Shown: piece by piece, positions 1 to 10,739 of the stretch
How positions within the stretch are numbered: position 1 is the first letter of the stretch
Layout: every line of letters begins with the position of its first letter
Source: Spirochaetia bacterium
GTDB taxonomy: Bacteria; Spirochaetota; Spirochaetia; SZUA-6; Bin103
Assembly (NCBI GenBank): GCA_965198005.1
Contig: CBDAOI010000002.1
Coordinates: 576,001-640,000 of the forward strand
DNA length: 64,000 bases
Direction: 5' to 3'
The notes under the pieces: model-generated
The model's input: the letters and a program-made list of their open reading frames with translations, nothing else
The model's database searches: none
Told to the model about the DNA's origin: nothing
Position numbers and translations under genes: made by a program

Positions 1-2470
1 TCAGTGCCGCCAGATCATCGATGGTGGCACGGTCCTCCGGCCGGGTGCGCACCCGTAGCGCCACGTCCTGACGGCCGCGCTCCAGCTCGGTGGGCACCTC
101 GCCCTGCAGCTTGGCAGCCACGATCCCACCCACTTCCTCGGCGTCGAGACCCAATTCGGCCAGTCTGGGCCGGTTCAGATCGAGCACCACCTCCGGGCTG
201 GTGCCGGCCAGCCTGGCGCTGACATCGGCCAGTCCGGTGACCGTCTGCAGCCGGCCGGCGACCGCCCGTGCCGCGTGCTCCAGCACCGCGGGTGCCGCGC
301 CGCTGATGCGCGCCTCCACCGCGGCGTCGAAAGTGAGCAACGGCGGACGGCCGAAGGTGACCGTGGCGCCGGGAACGCCGGCCAGCGCGTCGCGGAGCTC
401 GGCCAGAGCCTGGTCCTCGCCGCCGCCCCGGTACTGCGGCCGCAGATCGATCAGGATCTGTCCGCGGTTCTCACGCACCTCGTTGCCGGTGCGCGACGAT
501 CCGGCAACCGCGTAGGTCTGCGCCACCGCCGGCAACTCGGCGGCGCGGCGCTGCATCTCGGCCAGAGTGACGTCGGTACGCGCCACCGGAGTGCCGGGCG
601 GCAACTCCACGTCGGCGACGATGGTGCCCTGACGGATCTCGGGAATCAGCTCGGTGCCGAGCAGCGGCACCAGACTCAGGGCGCCCGCCAGCAGCAGCAC
701 GGAGAGGAGCACCACCAGGAACCGATGCCGCAACGCCCATCCCAGCAGGCGCGGGTAGCCGCCGCTGACCACGCCGTAGAATCGTTCAAACAGCCAGAAC
801 AAGGGTGTGAGGAGCAGCCGCAGCAGCACCCCTGCGCCGCGCCCCACCGCCAGCAGGCCGCGCCCCGGTGCCGCGGCCACGCGCACCGACAGCAGATCGC
901 GGGCGATCTCCTCCGCTTGCCGAGCGGGTGGCGGAGTATCGGCGGGTGCCGGGTCGACACGGCGAGTCGCAGGCGCCGGCCTGCGCAGACCGACGGCGCT
1001 GGCCATGGGAATCAGGGTCAGTGCCACTGCCAGGCTCACCACCAGCGAGAACGTGACCGTCAGCGCCGGATCGACGAATAGCTGCCCGGCGATGCCGCTC
1101 ACGAACACCACGGGGATGAACACACACAGGGTCGTCAGAGTGGACGCAACCACCGCCCCGCCCACTTCCGCGCCGCCGGCCCGGGCCGCGGCAGTGCGGT
1201 CGGCGGCGGCGTTCAGGTGGCGGTCGATGCTCTCCAGCACCACGATCGAGCTGTCCACCAGCATGCCGATGCCGAGCGCCAGCCCACCGAGCGACATGAT
1301 GTTGAGCGAGACGCCGCCCAGGAACATGAGAAAGAAGCTGGCGATTACCGAGATGGGGATCGCCAACCCCACCATCAGGGTGCTGCGCAGGCGGCGCAGG
1401 AACAGGTACAGCACCGCGATCGCCAGCACGCCGCCGAGCACCGCGGCCTGGATCACGTCGCGGATCGACTGTTCGATGAAGCGCGACTGGTCCGCCACCA
1501 CGCGCAACTCGACGTCGACCACGCCGGCCAGCTCCTCCGCCACCTCGGCGAGGCGGGCACGCACGGCGACGGCCACGGCGACGGTGTTGGCGGCGGCCTC
1601 CTTGTGGATCGCGACCTCGACGCTGGGCTGGCGGTTGGTGCGGGTGATCGTGGACTGTTCCTGGTAGCCGTTGCGCACCTCGGCCAGATCCTGCAGCCGT
1701 ATCTGGACATCGCCAACCTCGCCCACCACGATGCGGCCGATCTCCTCCAGGTCGGCGAACCGCGCCAGCACGCGCACGATATACTCGGCGGCACCGTCGG
1801 CTATGCTGCCTCCGGTGACGTCGACGTTCTCCCGCTGCAGCCGGCTGGCGATCTGCGACAGCGAGATATCGAGCAGCGCGGCACGGCGCTGGTCGACGTT
1901 GATCTGAATCTCCTCCTCCACGCCGCCGGAGACGATGGCGGCGGCCACCCCGTCGATGCTTTCCAGGCGCTGCTTGATCGACTGCTCGGCCAGCAGGCGC
2001 AACCCTGCCTGATCGGCCACGCCCACCGCGCCCGGCGCCGCGCTACCGACGCTGATGCGCATGATCGGATCCAGCGCCGGATCGAAGCGCAGCAGGATCG
2101 GCTCCTCCGCCGCACGCGGCAGCGCCAGTTGGGCGAGCTGCTCGCGTACGTCGATGGCGGCGAAGTCCATGTCGGTGCCCCAGGCGAACTCCATGATCAC
2201 GTCGGACAGACCGGCCCGGGAGATGCTGGAGAGGTCCACCACGCCCGAGACGATCCCCACCGCATCCTCGATGGAGGTGGTGACGAAGGTCTCGACGTCG
2301 GCGGGGGCCACGCCGGGGTACTCGGTGCGGATGGTCAGGGTAGGGAACGACAGGTCGGGCAGCAGGTCCACCGGCAGCTCGCGAAACGAGATCAGCCCGA
2401 ACATCACCAGGGCCACGAACAACACCACCACCGTCACCGGACGGCGGGTCGCCAGGGAAACGATTCTCAC
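1..2470 (-). CDS. RND efflux transporter permease (AcrB/AcrD/AcrF family), 3' end outside window
   Basis: Own translation from GTG at 2470: MRIVSLATRRPVTVVVLFVALVMFGLISFRELPVDLLPDLSFPTLTIRTEYPG...; later NIMSLGGLALGIGMLVDSSIVVLESI, a typical RND TM motif. Not in the ORF track because it runs off the window. Confidence 0.93.
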   Translation of the reverse strand, partial: MRIVSLATRRPVTVVVLFVALVMFGLISFRELPVDLLPDLSFPTLTIRTEYPGVAPADVETFVTTSIEDAVGIVSGVVDLSSISRAGLSDVIMEFAWGTDMDFAAIDVREQLAQLALPRAAEEPILLRFDPALDPIMRISVGSAAPGAVGVADQAGLRLLAEQSIKQRLESIDGVAAAIVSGGVEEEIQINVDQRRAALLDISLSQIASRLQRENVDVTGGSIADGAAEYIVRVLARFADLEEIGRIVVGEVGDVQIRLQDLAEVRNGYQEQSTITRTNRQPSVEVAIHKEAAANTVAVAVAVRARLAEVAEELAGVVDVELRVVADQSRFIEQSIRDVIQAAVLGGVLAIAVLYLFLRRLRSTLMVGLAIPISVIASFFLMFLGGVSLNIMSLGGLALGIGMLVDSSIVVLESIDRHLNAAADRTAAARAGGAEVGGAVVASTLTTLCVFIPVVFVSGIAGQLFVDPALTVTFSLVVSLAVALTLIPMASAVGLRRPAPATRRVDPAPADTPPPARQAEEIARDLLSVRVAAAPGRGLLAVGRGAGVLLRLLLTPLFWLFERFYGVVSGGYPRLLGWALRHRFLVVLLSVLLLAGALSLVPLLGTELIPEIRQGTIVADVELPPGTPVARTDVTLAEMQRRAAELPAVAQTYAVAGSSRTGNEVRENRGQILIDLRPQYRGGGEDQALAELRDALAGVPGATVTFGRPPLLTFDAAVEARISGAAPAVLEHAARAVAGRLQTVTGLADVSARLAGTSPEVVLDLNRPRLAELGLDAEEVGGIVAAKLQGEVPTELERGRQDVALRVRTRPEDRATIDDLAAL

Positions 2471-2727
2471 CGCGGCCGCTCCCAGGAGTCGGCACGAGCA
2501 ACGTGCTGCATCACTGCTACAAAATACCGCACGTGCGGCCCGCTCGCCATGAACCTCATGGCTGGCGTCGCGTTCTCGGCCTGGCGCTGGCCCGTGCTCG
2601 CAACCTCGTCGGATATGTCATAGTAGGGGGCACTGAGCCACCCCCCGCATGCACCTCACACGACAGATCCCCCGGCAAGGATGATCGCTTGGCGTCTGTA
2701 AGTTCCCCTCTACAATCGGGTTGTAAC

Positions 2728-3033
2728 TTACTGACCCGCTGCTCGCTGTAACTGGGCCACGTCCGGGTTCAGTTGGCGGATCTCGCTGGCAGTGGTTTTC
2801 TCGACCGCTGCGGCGATCTTCTCCGGCAGGCCGTCCAGTTCCGTCAACTGTCTCCGTACGTCGTGGCCCAGCGTCTCCACTTCCTTGGTAAGTCGGTCGA
2901 GCCGACCGTCGACCCCATCGAGCCGACCGCGCATCTCGGCCAACCCGCTACGCATCTCGGTTGGTAGCTCGCCTACGGCCTGGAGCACGTCTTGCAACGT
3001 CGGTTCTTTGCCGTCCTCCTCGGATGTCGCCAT
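2728..3033 (-). CDS. small coiled-coil hypothetical protein
   Basis: 101-aa ORF with AGGAGG RBS and heptad pattern (LDGVDGRLDRLTKEVE); resembles ORFs at 20958-21480 and 37376-37640. Confidence 0.7.
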   Translation of the reverse strand: MATSEEDGKEPTLQDVLQAVGELPTEMRSGLAEMRGRLDGVDGRLDRLTKEVETLGHDVRRQLTELDGLPEKIAAAVEKTTASEIRQLNPDVAQLQRAAGQ

Positions 3034-3206
3034 CGGATCCTCCTGTGGTGGTGGGGTCCACTCCAGCGACTCCTCACCGATCTGACCAATCTTAGTATAA
3101 ATGCTTGACCATGTAGCCCCCGCCGGTAAACTGCTCCCTTGGGGGAGCCAATGACCGGCTGGAGCACAAGATTGACCGTGTTCAAGGAAGCCCTGACGAG
3201 GCGGCC

Positions 3207-4005
3207 ATGCCGCACCACGCCAACCGCGACGCCGGGAATGTCGAAGTCGCGCATGATCCGGGAAATGGGACGGTCCTGCATTACCTGTTCTTCACGGAGC
3301 ACGAGATTCGAATCGGCTTTCAGCGCGGCGCAGGTTCCTGGTCCTACGTCGGCCGCGACGCGGTCGACTATGGGTCCGGCCGGTCGCGGCGCACCATGAA
3401 CTTCGGGTGGGACCTGACGACGCGCTACGGGCGCGACACCGCGTTGCACGAGGTCGGCCACGCCTTGGGATTTCCGCTGGGACGAGGACACGATCCGGCA
3501 CAACATTCTACGCAAGATCCATCTGCTGTCGATCGAGGGTTCGGAATGGGACCCCGACTCCATCATGCACTATCCGTTTCCGGCGGGACTGATTCTGAAG
3601 CCGGAGCGTTATCGGGAGCAACCGCTCATTCCCGAACCGGGGCTCTCGCCGACCGACGTCAAGCAGGTCATGGCGTTCTATCCGCCGCTGCGTCCGGCGC
3701 TCCCGGAACTGCGCCCCCTGAGGTCGGCGACGCTGACGCTTGCACCGGGCGAGCAGGCGGACTTCCTGGTCAGGCCGGGGGACAGCCGCGAGTACACGAT
3801 CCGGACGTTCGGTGCGGCGGACTCGGTCCTGGTGCTGTTCGAACAGATCGACGGAGCCAACCGCTATGTCGATGGCGACGACGACAGCGGGGCCGACCGC
3901 AATGCCTGCATGCGCCAGCGGCTGGTGCGCGGCCGGACCTATGTGGTTCGTCTTCGCCTGTACCATGCGTCGCGATCGGGCGAGGTGGCAGTGATGCTCT
4001 GGTAA
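3207..4005 (+). pseudogene. zinc metallopeptidase (M12/astacin-like) with C-terminal PPC-like domain, internally deleted and frameshifted
   Basis: GSWSYVG..TMNFGW..LHEVGHALGF (HExxHxxG) in one frame; DSIMHY Met-turn and GDDDSG domain in another. Confidence 0.75.
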
Positions 4006-4089
4006 CGATACCGGCCGGAGGAATGAACCTGCGGGACCTGATTCGGGAGATTATGGACCGGGCTGAACAGCCCTGGCAGGAGGGAGCAC

Positions 4090-4306
4090 ATGCCTGTTAC
4101 CGAAACGCCCGCGCGACGGCAACCAGCTGGCCAAGCTGGTCGTCGATATGGCGACCGGGGCCGTGCCGAACGACAAGGACGAGATTCTCCAGCCGCCGGA
4201 GCCCACCGGACGCGCCAACAGCGCCAAGGCGCGGGCCGCCAGCCAGACGCCGGAGCGCCGGAGCGAGGTAGCCCGCAAGGCAGCCGCGGCACGCTGGGAG
4301 AATTAG
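4090..4306 (+). CDS. small basic protein associated with IS1-like elements (start uncertain)
   Basis: Own translation: LPKRPRDGNQLAKLVVDMATG...AKARAASQTPERRSEVARKAAAARWEN*; paralogous pieces at 20790-20960, 30600-30753 and 32860-32890. Confidence 0.65.
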
Positions 4307-4427
4307 CTGTGAGCGAGCCTCGAAGGGTCGTATGGGGTGCAGTAGGGGTGGTTGGATCTGCAGTAGCTATCTGCAATGACGGTTCTGCTTGGTGCCTTGT
4401 CGAGAGGTCGAATACGAACCGGTTGCC

Positions 4428-4637
4428 CTACAGCCAGCTTCCTGCCGGACGAATACGAATGGGTGGCGCTACCGCCGGTTCCAGGTACGCCGGCCCACGA
4501 ACAACGAGCTGGTCCTCCTCCCGGAGGAATGTGCGGAGATTCGCGATAGCGTCAGATCCACCTTGCGAAACGGGAATGATATGATCTATCTCCCAGCCGT
4601 ACACAGAGTGCACGTTACCATACTGCGTATACTGCAT
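4428..4637 (-). pseudogene. HNH endonuclease fragment
   Basis: GWEIDHIIPVSQGGSDAIANLR motif. Confidence 0.65.
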
Positions 4638-4759
4638 AGCGGAACCAAAGATGTCACGTCGCCACTCGCAAGGTGAGTAGTCTGCTATTGGTGTTCATTT
4701 AAGCCACACAGAACCATTTGTTTCTGACGTGCAGGACATTTTACCTCCCGGTAGTATGT

Positions 4760-5014
4760 TCAGTTCCCGGCCCAACAGTGCAGGTCATCGTGTTCTCTCA
4801 ACAGTTCAAAATACGCGGCTTTGCTGAGAGTACACCTTACCAAGTCCCATGCCTTTGCCGGCGGTATGCTTGAACGCCTTACACCGAATCGAGCAACCCG
4901 TTTCCCACAATCGAAAATACGAACCTGATCATGGTTTGGGGCGGAAGTGTCAAGGATACCGCCGAGTTTCATCTGGATAGTCAGAGCATCTTTTCGAGTG
5001 AAGCTGCGCTTCAT
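4760..5014 (-). CDS. hypothetical, possibly HicA-like toxin
   Basis: 84-aa low-GC ORF (MKRSFTRKDA...NHDQVRIF) whose ATG overlaps the upstream TGA (ATGA). Confidence 0.4.
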   Translation of the reverse strand: MKRSFTRKDALTIQMKLGGILDTSAPNHDQVRIFDCGKRVARFGVRRSSIPPAKAWDLVRCTLSKAAYFELLREHDDLHCWAGN

Positions 5015-5343
5015 CGAATCTCGATATAGTCCTTCAGGATGGACAATTGCCACTCCATGAATGCGCTGAGTGAATTCCTATTCTCCCTAAGACAATCAAA
5101 GGCATAGACTATGTCGTGCAATAGCGACACATACGCCTCTAAAATGTCATCCCCCTGCATACTAATCGCAGCCTCATCGAAGCTTGCCATCCAAGCTCCG
5201 TCCTCTGTTTCAAACACACGAATGGGTATCGGAACCTTCAACGTGTATCGATCCGTAGGTAAATGGCAAACATGCTGATCCGCAGTACTCCACATCGGCA
5301 CGCTTTCGCTGTCCGCACCGGTCGCAGATTTCTCAACGTGCAT
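5011..5343 (-). CDS. hypothetical, HicB-like fold
   Basis: WMASFDEAAISMQGDDILEAYVSL resembles the HicB N-terminal motif; low GC. Confidence 0.45.
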   Translation of the reverse strand: MHVEKSATGADSESVPMWSTADQHVCHLPTDRYTLKVPIPIRVFETEDGAWMASFDEAAISMQGDDILEAYVSLLHDIVYAFDCLRENRNSLSAFMEWQLSILKDYIEIR

Positions 5344-5652
5344 ATCGTGCTGGGTGCTAGAATCGTCCCGTCTGGAAGCTTAATGGTGGTAGGTGCGACG
5401 ATCACCAACTGGATAGGCACGACCTCCGTCTCGACCTTCTGAATCTGGACCTTCTGCGGGACAGGGATGCTTCCGGGTGTGGCAGGCATAGTCTGGCCGT
5501 CCTCCTCTCATGTACCGCTTAGGTATAGGTCTCATCGACCTTATGCGGATGTTCCCGGGACGACGCATGAGCGTGGAGTGCATGACCGAGAGCGTAGTAG
5601 GCGTAGCCCGCCAGTGCGAGCCCACTCTCGCCGCCCAGATGCACATCGTGGT

Positions 5653-6285
5653 TCAGGATCCACTGCAGCCACAGGCCACGGCGTCGACGATCGTCGCGCG
5701 TCGTTCATAGCGATCAGCGATCAGGTTGAACAACAGTTCGCCACCAGCGCGGTCGAACGGGACAAAGCCCAGCTCGTCGATGATCAACAAGCTCACCCGA
5801 CGCAGCCGCAGCTGCAGCCGTCCCAGTTCCCGGTCGTCCCTGGCCTCCAGCAGCTGGCGCACCAGATCGGCCGCTTTGACGAACAGCACGCGGAACCGCC
5901 GCTTGGCCGCTTCCACTCCCAAAGCGATGGCCAGATGCGATTTGCCGGTGCCGATCGGACCGGCGATCACCACATCCTCGGGCTTCTCGACGAACTGACA
6001 GGTCGCCAGTTCGATGATCTGCTGCTTGGAGACCCCCGCCATGGCATCCCAGTCGATCTGCCCCAGGGTCTTCAGGTCGGGAAAGCGCGCTTCGCGCAGC
6101 CGGCGCGCAGTGGTGCTGGCTTCACGGGCGCGGATCTCGCTGTCGAGCAGTTCCCGCAGGTATTCCGCGTAGGTCCAGGAGTCGGCACCGGCTTGGCGAG
6201 CGAGTTGCCCGTATTCACGCCGCATGGTCGGCAGCTTGAGAGACTTCAGGTGCTGCTCGATCACCGCATCCGTCAGCTCGCTCAT
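5653..6285 (-). mobile_element. istB: IS21-family IstB ATPase, C-terminally truncated
   Basis: LKSLKLPTM, RRLREARFP, Walker A GPIGTGKSH, LLIIDELGF; istA C-terminal remnant immediately upstream (~6282-6365). Confidence 0.9.
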
Positions 6286-6365
6286 CAGTCGCTCCCCAGC
6301 AGCAGCGCGTCGTAGGCAGCGGCGGGCGTCGACTCCACTTGGTAATGCTGCAGCGCCGCCGGTAC

Positions 6366-7009
6366 CGGCACCGTCGCCGGCGGCGTGCTCGGCTGTCCTG
6401 CTGAAGCATCCAAACGACCGATTGAGCGTCCAACCGGGTGCTGGGACCAGACATGCTCCGCCTGCGGGCCTCTTCGAGTACGCAGTCGAGAAACTCTAGG
6501 GCGTACTCGTACTCACCCCCTATATCACCAGCGGAATACGGTGGATAGCCCAACCTCCGATACGTGTCTCGGAACCGACCCCGCCGGTACGGCGGATACC
6601 GTGCGGGGTCGATCCCCATCATGAAATACGAAGCAGCATTGAGGCGAGTGCCCGTGGCTCCTCGTGGTAACACGCTCTCGGGCAGCTTGGCATCGAATGA
6701 GCGAACGCGGTCGCCGGGGCGGCGGCCGTCTTCGGACCACAGTTCAAAAAGCGCACCACGCGCCTCGTCCACGTTGCGGTCGATCCATCCGATGAGTTTC
6801 GTGTTATTGCGCCAGTTAACGATGTTGTTCTGCTTGTGCCCGATCGCTTCTTTCACCAGCCTCGGCCAGTCTCGTTCATCGCGTAGCAGCGCCTCGCGGG
6901 CTCTCGTCAGCGCCCTACCAAGTTCGATCTTGTATCGTTCTACCCGGTCAATCTCCTCGTACCTCTCCCTCGCCGTTGCGAGGTACGAGTCCCATGCGGC
7001 TTCCGTCAT
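6366..7009 (-). pseudogene. hypothetical N-terminal domain (possibly McrB-like restriction protein), truncated by IS21
   Basis: ORF MTEAAWDSYLA...LDAQSVVW fuses into the istA end; lies in restriction-locus context. Confidence 0.4.
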
Positions 7010-7065
7010 CGAGATGCCGGGATGTCGCGTTCGTTACGATTCTGCTGTTGAACGCGGATGTTCAT

Positions 7066-7317
7066 TCAGGTCAGAACCCGAAGAGCCTGCTCGGGTGCCT
7101 TGTCGAGTATTCGGAGCAGTGCCCTTGCCGCGCCGGTCGGGCAACGTTTGCCCTGCTCCCAGTTGCGGATCGTCTCGTGCGGCACGTCGATGCGACGCGC
7201 CAACTCCACCTGCGTCAGTCCCAGGCGCCGGCGCACCCGGCGGGTATACTGCGCCATGTCCCGCATCGCCTCGGCGTCGTCCTCGTACTGCTGCAAGCCA
7301 AGGTCCCTTTCGGTCAT
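7066..7317 (-). CDS. XRE-family HTH protein (HigA-like antitoxin), 5' disrupted
   Basis: RRRLGLTQVELARRIDVPHETIRNWEQGKRCPTGAARALLRIL. Confidence 0.8.
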   Translation of the reverse strand: MTERDLGLQQYEDDAEAMRDMAQYTRRVRRRLGLTQVELARRIDVPHETIRNWEQGKRCPTGAARALLRILDKAPEQALRVLT

Positions 7318-7319
7318 CT

Positions 7320-7650
7320 CACCTGGCGGGCAACAACCTGCTTTGAGCGCTGGTGCAGCCTGCTGCGGAAAGGGTGCGTCGCCGCGGTGATCAAGGAACT
7401 GCAGGAGTTGCACGACAGCGGCCGCTACACCGAGAAGCAGTGCTACGACATCCAAGGCGAGATCAACTACTTCACGGCGAACAAGGAGCGGATGGACTAC
7501 CCGCTGTATCGGTCGGTCGGTCTGCCGATCGGCAGCGGCGTAGTGGACAGCGCGTGCAAAAAACGTGGTCGCCGCGCGGTTGAAGCAGAGCGGCATGACG
7601 TGGTCGCTGAACGGAGCGAAGGACATGCTCCAGCTTCGGGCATCCGTCCT
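7320..7650 (+). mobile_element. ISKra4-family transposase C-terminal remnant
   Basis: YFTANKERMDYPLYRSVGLPIGSGVVDSACK, homologous to the intact copy at 19135-20433. Confidence 0.8.
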
Positions 7651-7659
7651 CTTTCCAGG

Positions 7660-7867
7660 AGAGGAACATCGTGTTCGCGGGCAACGACGCCGATGGGCTG
7701 CGGTACGGCACCACCGATTCGCCAGCCAGTCGCGCAGCAGCCCTTCCTCGATCGGGCGATTGGACCCGGTCGGACCGGTCACCCATGAAGCGGTAGTCCA
7801 ACTCGTCCCGGAGCAACGCGATGACACGGGTTTGGGTCGCGCGCTCGGACTTGCCGATGTCGTTCAC
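7660..7867 (-). pseudogene. hsdR: type I restriction endonuclease HsdR N-terminal fragment
   Basis: VNDIGKSERATQTRVIALLRDELDYRFMGD..NRPIEEGLLRDWL; cut off by the IS remnant. Confidence 0.65.
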
Positions 7868-8470
7868 CGATGACCCAGCCAGTACTGTTCGACCATCCAC
7901 AACGGCTCGCCCTTCAGGCACAGTCTGATGAGCTGAATCAGCCGTTCGTAGTCTTTCGAGTCGAGCTTCGACCAGCGGGCGAGCTGCCATTCCTTCCGGT
8001 ATCCGCCGATATCTAGCCTGGCAAGCGTTCTCAACATCGCTGCATCGATGGGTGGGTGCAGATTCTTCACCCGTGCATCGGCGTGGTACCCACCGCATAC
8101 GAGACGGGACTTCAGATAGCAGGTGATGAGTTTCGCCGCGACGCCGTGCGTGAAGGTCAGGTTGTGACGCACCGCCTGGCTCACGACCCGCCTTCGCCAC
8201 GCCCGATGGCAGACATCCATCTTCGCCGGCGCCGGCAGCCGCTCGGGGGTCGTGAAATCCTCGTCGAAACCGCAGAACTCAAGAATGTCCAGACCCTAGT
8301 TCAACCTTGAAGCGACAGCCCGCGACCGATGCGGCCCGACCGGCCGCCCACGCTGCGAACATGTGCTGGTGGCGTTCGATACCGTAGGGTTGCGCCGGCT
8401 TGTCCGCCAGCCGGGAGGCACGCGGTGTCCTGCCGCCAGGCCGCCCGTTCACCCCGATCGGACTCACCAC
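7864..8470 (-). pseudogene. hypothetical protein in RM operon (frameshifted)
   Basis: Two ORF pieces: HQHMFAAWAAGRAAS... and FTHGVAAKLITCYLK..HPPID..WSKLD. Confidence 0.55.
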
Positions 8471-8476
8471 GGTCGC

Positions 8477-10447
8477 TTACGCGGCGGCGCCCTCGCCGAG
8501 GATCTCGACGGTGACGTAACGCTTGAACTCGTCGACGCCCGTGAAGCACCGGAACCCTGCCTGACTGGCGAGGGCCAGCGTCTGCCCTTCCTCGTTCAGC
8601 AACACAGCCACGGGCTGGCTCAGCTCCTCCTGGATGCCGTTCGGCCACACGAGATCGAAGACCGCCTTCTGTTCGCCGGACTCCGGGTCCGAGAAGTCAT
8701 AGGCCACCACACCGCGGGGGAGACCTGTGGCCTCCATCCACTCGTTCAGCGATTCCAGCTGTGCCTCTTCCTCCTCGCTCGTGATGCCGCCAAGGACACG
8801 GGCCGGCACAGGCGCGACCGCCGTCGCACTCGCGAGCCACCGGGTGTCGCCGTGCAGCAGATCCTCCATACGCCGGTTGAGCTCCGCCGCCAGCAACTCC
8901 TTCCTGGCTTCGAGGAAGTCCCGAAACCTTTCCATCTTCCAGAGTGCCGGGTCCATCGGGATCCACTGTGACGCCAGGCCGCCGGGGTGACGTGTCTCGA
9001 ACTTCGGGAAGTATTCCTCAGGCAGCCGGTCGCTGATCTCCAGGTTCGTGTCCTTAGTCTGGAAGCAGAAGTTCGCGAGGGCGTTGACTTCCGGGCGCCT
9101 GTACTTGCACTCGTAGAGCCGGGCCTTCGGGAAAATGTGGTGCACCTCCAGGCTACTCATCTTGCCGAGCAGGCTCGCCTTGAGCGGCAGCCCGGCCCCC
9201 CAGTCCTTGGCTTCTCCCATGCGGGTAAGCAGGTACAGCACCGGATAGAACCGCGCGCCGAGGCTCCACCCGGTGAAGTGGCCCGGCTCGGCCCGCAGCC
9301 CCCCGTGCCAGAGCCGCAACTGCTCCAGCAGCTTGTCAAGGCCGCCGTCGTCGCCTTCGAGCGCGGCGAGGTCCTGGTCGATGAAGGACTCGGTGGAGCC
9401 GGAGAAGCGCCCCCACATGGCCGCCTGCACGAACCAGAAGAGCAGCTTGTCGCGTTCCTTCGCACTCATCGCGCCGCGTTGCTTCGCTTGGCGCTGGTCG
9501 AGATAGCGCACCATCACCGGCACGCCGAAGCGACCAAAGAACACCTGGTCGTGGTCGAGACCCAGCCGCCCGCCGATGAAATTGAGGCTCGTGTCGATGT
9601 GTTTCGTCGTGCGGGCGAGCGCGTCCTGTACCTCGGTGGCACTCTTCTCATGCAGGTGCTGGAACCTTGCCTCCCCGGTCAGCACCGTGTTCACCGAGCG
9701 CAGCAGCCAGTCGAGCGTGAAGTGGTAGCCGGCGTTGTTCCACTCCTTGAGCCTGACCTTCATCGCATCGCGCCCTTCAGGCCACTCGGCGCAGATCTTG
9801 GCGAGGGCAAGGTCGCCCTTGGAGAGCTTGGTGCCACCGCTGTTCACCCGGTTGAAGATGTTGACGACCACGTCGAGCGACTTGTCCGCGCCGGTGACTT
9901 CCTCAACGTGCAGGTCCACCTCGACGATACCGAGCAGCTGGCTCAGGCGCCCGACGTAGTCGCCGACCTTGGGCGCTAGCGCCGGCTGCTCCGTGAGGCG
10001 CGTGCGCGTGACGAACTCGCCCAGCCCCGCGATGCCCTTCTGCATCAGCTCGGTCACGTCGGTCCACAGCGGATCGCCCTTCATCTTCACCGGCTGGTAG
10101 AACTCGAAGGTCTCCATCTCCAGATGAAAGCGCAGTCCCGTGAACGCCCGGGTGTTGCCATCAAAGAACTTTGGCGCCCTCCCACGCACCACGCCGTACA
10201 GGGAGGTCATGCGCTGCTGGCCGTCGAGCAGGAGCTTCACCACCCCCGCGGCAAGCGCGCCGTCACCGCGGTGCGCGGCGGTCTTCGCCTCGGTGGCCCA
10301 CACCAGGAGCCCGCCAACCGGATGGCGGCGGTAGAGCGAGTCGAACAGGCCGCGCACCTGATCGCGGTTCCAGACGTAGCCACGCTGGAACTCGGGCAAT
10401 GCCATGTGCCCGCTGTCGATGTAGTCGAGAATTGTGGAGATCTTCAT
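8477..10447 (-). CDS. DUF262/DUF1524 (GmrSD-type) modification-dependent restriction protein
   Basis: LPEFQRGYVW, LLDGQQRMTSL and IFNRVNSGGTKL (DUF262); EVHHIFP..ALANF (HNH-like); intact 656 aa. Confidence 0.88.
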   Translation of the reverse strand: MKISTILDYIDSGHMALPEFQRGYVWNRDQVRGLFDSLYRRHPVGGLLVWATEAKTAAHRGDGALAAGVVKLLLDGQQRMTSLYGVVRGRAPKFFDGNTRAFTGLRFHLEMETFEFYQPVKMKGDPLWTDVTELMQKGIAGLGEFVTRTRLTEQPALAPKVGDYVGRLSQLLGIVEVDLHVEEVTGADKSLDVVVNIFNRVNSGGTKLSKGDLALAKICAEWPEGRDAMKVRLKEWNNAGYHFTLDWLLRSVNTVLTGEARFQHLHEKSATEVQDALARTTKHIDTSLNFIGGRLGLDHDQVFFGRFGVPVMVRYLDQRQAKQRGAMSAKERDKLLFWFVQAAMWGRFSGSTESFIDQDLAALEGDDGGLDKLLEQLRLWHGGLRAEPGHFTGWSLGARFYPVLYLLTRMGEAKDWGAGLPLKASLLGKMSSLEVHHIFPKARLYECKYRRPEVNALANFCFQTKDTNLEISDRLPEEYFPKFETRHPGGLASQWIPMDPALWKMERFRDFLEARKELLAAELNRRMEDLLHGDTRWLASATAVAPVPARVLGGITSEEEEAQLESLNEWMEATGLPRGVVAYDFSDPESGEQKAVFDLVWPNGIQEELSQPVAVLLNEEGQTLALASQAGFRCFTGVDEFKRYVTVEILGEGAAA

Positions 10448-10700
10448 ATCAGCCTTGTCCTGCCGGTGAGGAGTTCCTGCATCATGCCCTGCTTGAGGTC
10501 ACGGGTCCTGTCCCGCCGCGACTCCAACGCTGACAGTTCGGCGTCCATGTCGGCGAGTACGGCAGCGATGGCCGTTTGCTCAGGGGCAGAGGGAACCGTT
10601 ACCTCTATTCTGGAGAGCGCAGCCGCACTGATGTGCACTACTGCATTACCTTGTCCCATGCTCGCCTTCTGCGCGTTGATGGGCGACATACAGTAGGAAG
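10444..10700 (-). pseudogene. hsdS: type I RM specificity subunit HsdS, C-terminal remnant
   Basis: PSAPEQTAIAAVLADMDAEL...KQGMMQELLTGRTRL; 5' part replaced by IS3 DNA. Confidence 0.85.
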
Positions 10701-10739
10701 TCTCGTGAACACCTAATGTCAGTGATTCGGTCCGCGTTC

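Noticed and set aside
275-2623. Long plus-strand ORFs over the RND gene, and similar shadow ORFs elsewhere (e.g. 47710-49560, 49627-51507, 53025-55226, 59311-61203)
   Set aside because: Antisense or alternate-frame artefacts of high GC over well-supported genes.
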